This document shows, piece after piece, positions 63,241 through 64,000 of a DNA stretch of 64,000 nt; the first letter of the stretch is position 1, and each line of letters opens with the position of its first letter. Source of the stretch: Nannocystis bainbridge (lineage in GTDB: Bacteria > Myxococcota_A > Polyangia > Nannocystales > Nannocystaceae); the NCBI RefSeq assembly GCF_028368995.1, contig NZ_JAQNDL010000001.1:3232001-3296000 (forward strand), in the 5' to 3' direction. The translations under genes were made by a program, and so were the position numbers. Under the pieces are notes generated by a model, which did no database searches, was not told the origin of the DNA, and saw nothing but the letters and a program-made list of their open reading frames with translations.

Positions 63241-63762
63241 CTAGGGCGCGGCCGGCGGAGGTTGCGTCCAGCGGTAGCTGACGAAGGACGTGAGCGTGCC
63301 GTTGGCGTCGCCGCACATGAACATGACGTGCTGCTCGGCGGTGTCGCCGGTCAGCGTCACGCGGCCGTCCTTCTCCTCGCGCTGCACGGTGGGCACGATC
63401 TTCGCCAGCGCCGCGGCCAGTGGGTCGACGCAGTCTTTCAAGGTGGCGCCGGCCGGAAAGGCGAACAGAATTTGCGACGTGAAGCGGCCCTGGTCATCGG
63501 TGGGCGAGCGCCCCTTCTTCGTCACGCTCGCGCCCGGCAGCAACGCCGGCGAGAACCATGACGGGTCGGCCACGGACGAGGCCGGTGCATTGGTCGAGAG
63601 CTGCACCCCCCCCGCCGGGGCCGGCGTCGGCGCTGCCGCGGGTGTCGTCGACTTCACGGGCTCGGCGGTCGGCTTCGCCGGCGCTGCTTCGGGCGAGGGA
63701 CCACAAGCGACGAGCGCGAGGGTCAAGACGGACAGGGCGCGTGGCACGGACCGAAGGGGCAT
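63241..63762 (-). CDS. Hypothetical lipoprotein
   Basis: MPLRSVPRALSVLTLALVAC lipobox, Pro/Ala linker, small globular domain. Confidence 0.72.
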   Translation of the reverse strand: MPLRSVPRALSVLTLALVACGPSPEAAPAKPTAEPVKSTTPAAAPTPAPAGGVQLSTNAPASSVADPSWFSPALLPGASVTKKGRSPTDDQGRFTSQILFAFPAGATLKDCVDPLAAALAKIVPTVQREEKDGRVTLTGDTAEQHVMFMCGDANGTLTSFVSYRWTQPPPAAP

Positions 63763-64000
63763 GCGCGAAAGTGTAGCGGAAACTGTCAGGAGGGAGCCGG
63801 TATGAGGAGCGGGCCGTCGGTCACTGCCACTTCGCCGTCGTCGTCGCCCCGCGAGCAGGCGCAGCCGGTGCGCCACGGGGTCGTCGTCTGTTACAACCAT
63901 CGCGAGCGCGATCTGCTCGGCGAGCTGCAGGTGCACCTGAAGCCGCTGCAAAAGCAGTGGATGCTCGACCTCTGGGACGACGTGCGCGTCGCCGGGGCGG

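Noticed and set aside
63800-64000. Partial gene at the right edge
   Set aside because: Too little sequence and no recognisable motif to choose a frame

Overview
Very GC-rich bacterial chromosomal DNA whose gene content points to a myxobacterium, probably Nannocystis-like (inference): three Hanks-type Ser/Thr kinases, an ECF sigma factor, ADYC and AgmX/PglI-type proteins, and many Ser/Thr-linker lipoproteins. The centrepiece is a ~13 kb tightly coupled four-gene minus-strand operon (21745-34930): BRCT-containing helical-repeat protein, 2230-aa beta-propeller/HEAT protein, SWIM-finger/WGR-like protein and an Mx162-like retron reverse transcriptase. This matches a type XIII retron-like layout, but there is no room for the usual msr-msd ncRNA upstream of the RT. 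Nearby are an ABC-ATPase plus PD-(D/E)xK-like gene pair and a Kunitz-domain lipoprotein. The second major signal is non-coding: a bipartite palindrome TGTC-N6-GACA occurs at least 20 times exactly (counted by eye), forms phased 14-bp-period arrays between genes, and also sits inside coding sequences. Several genes have tandem copies of their own 3' ends just past the stop codon. The right third is housekeeping-like (two-component system, RidA/enoyl-CoA hydratase/acyl-CoA dehydrogenase, modABC, glycosyltransferase/flippase, tRNA-CAT, zinc-ribbon protein, queC, YkgJ-family protein). All calls are from motif recognition by eye; no searches were run.
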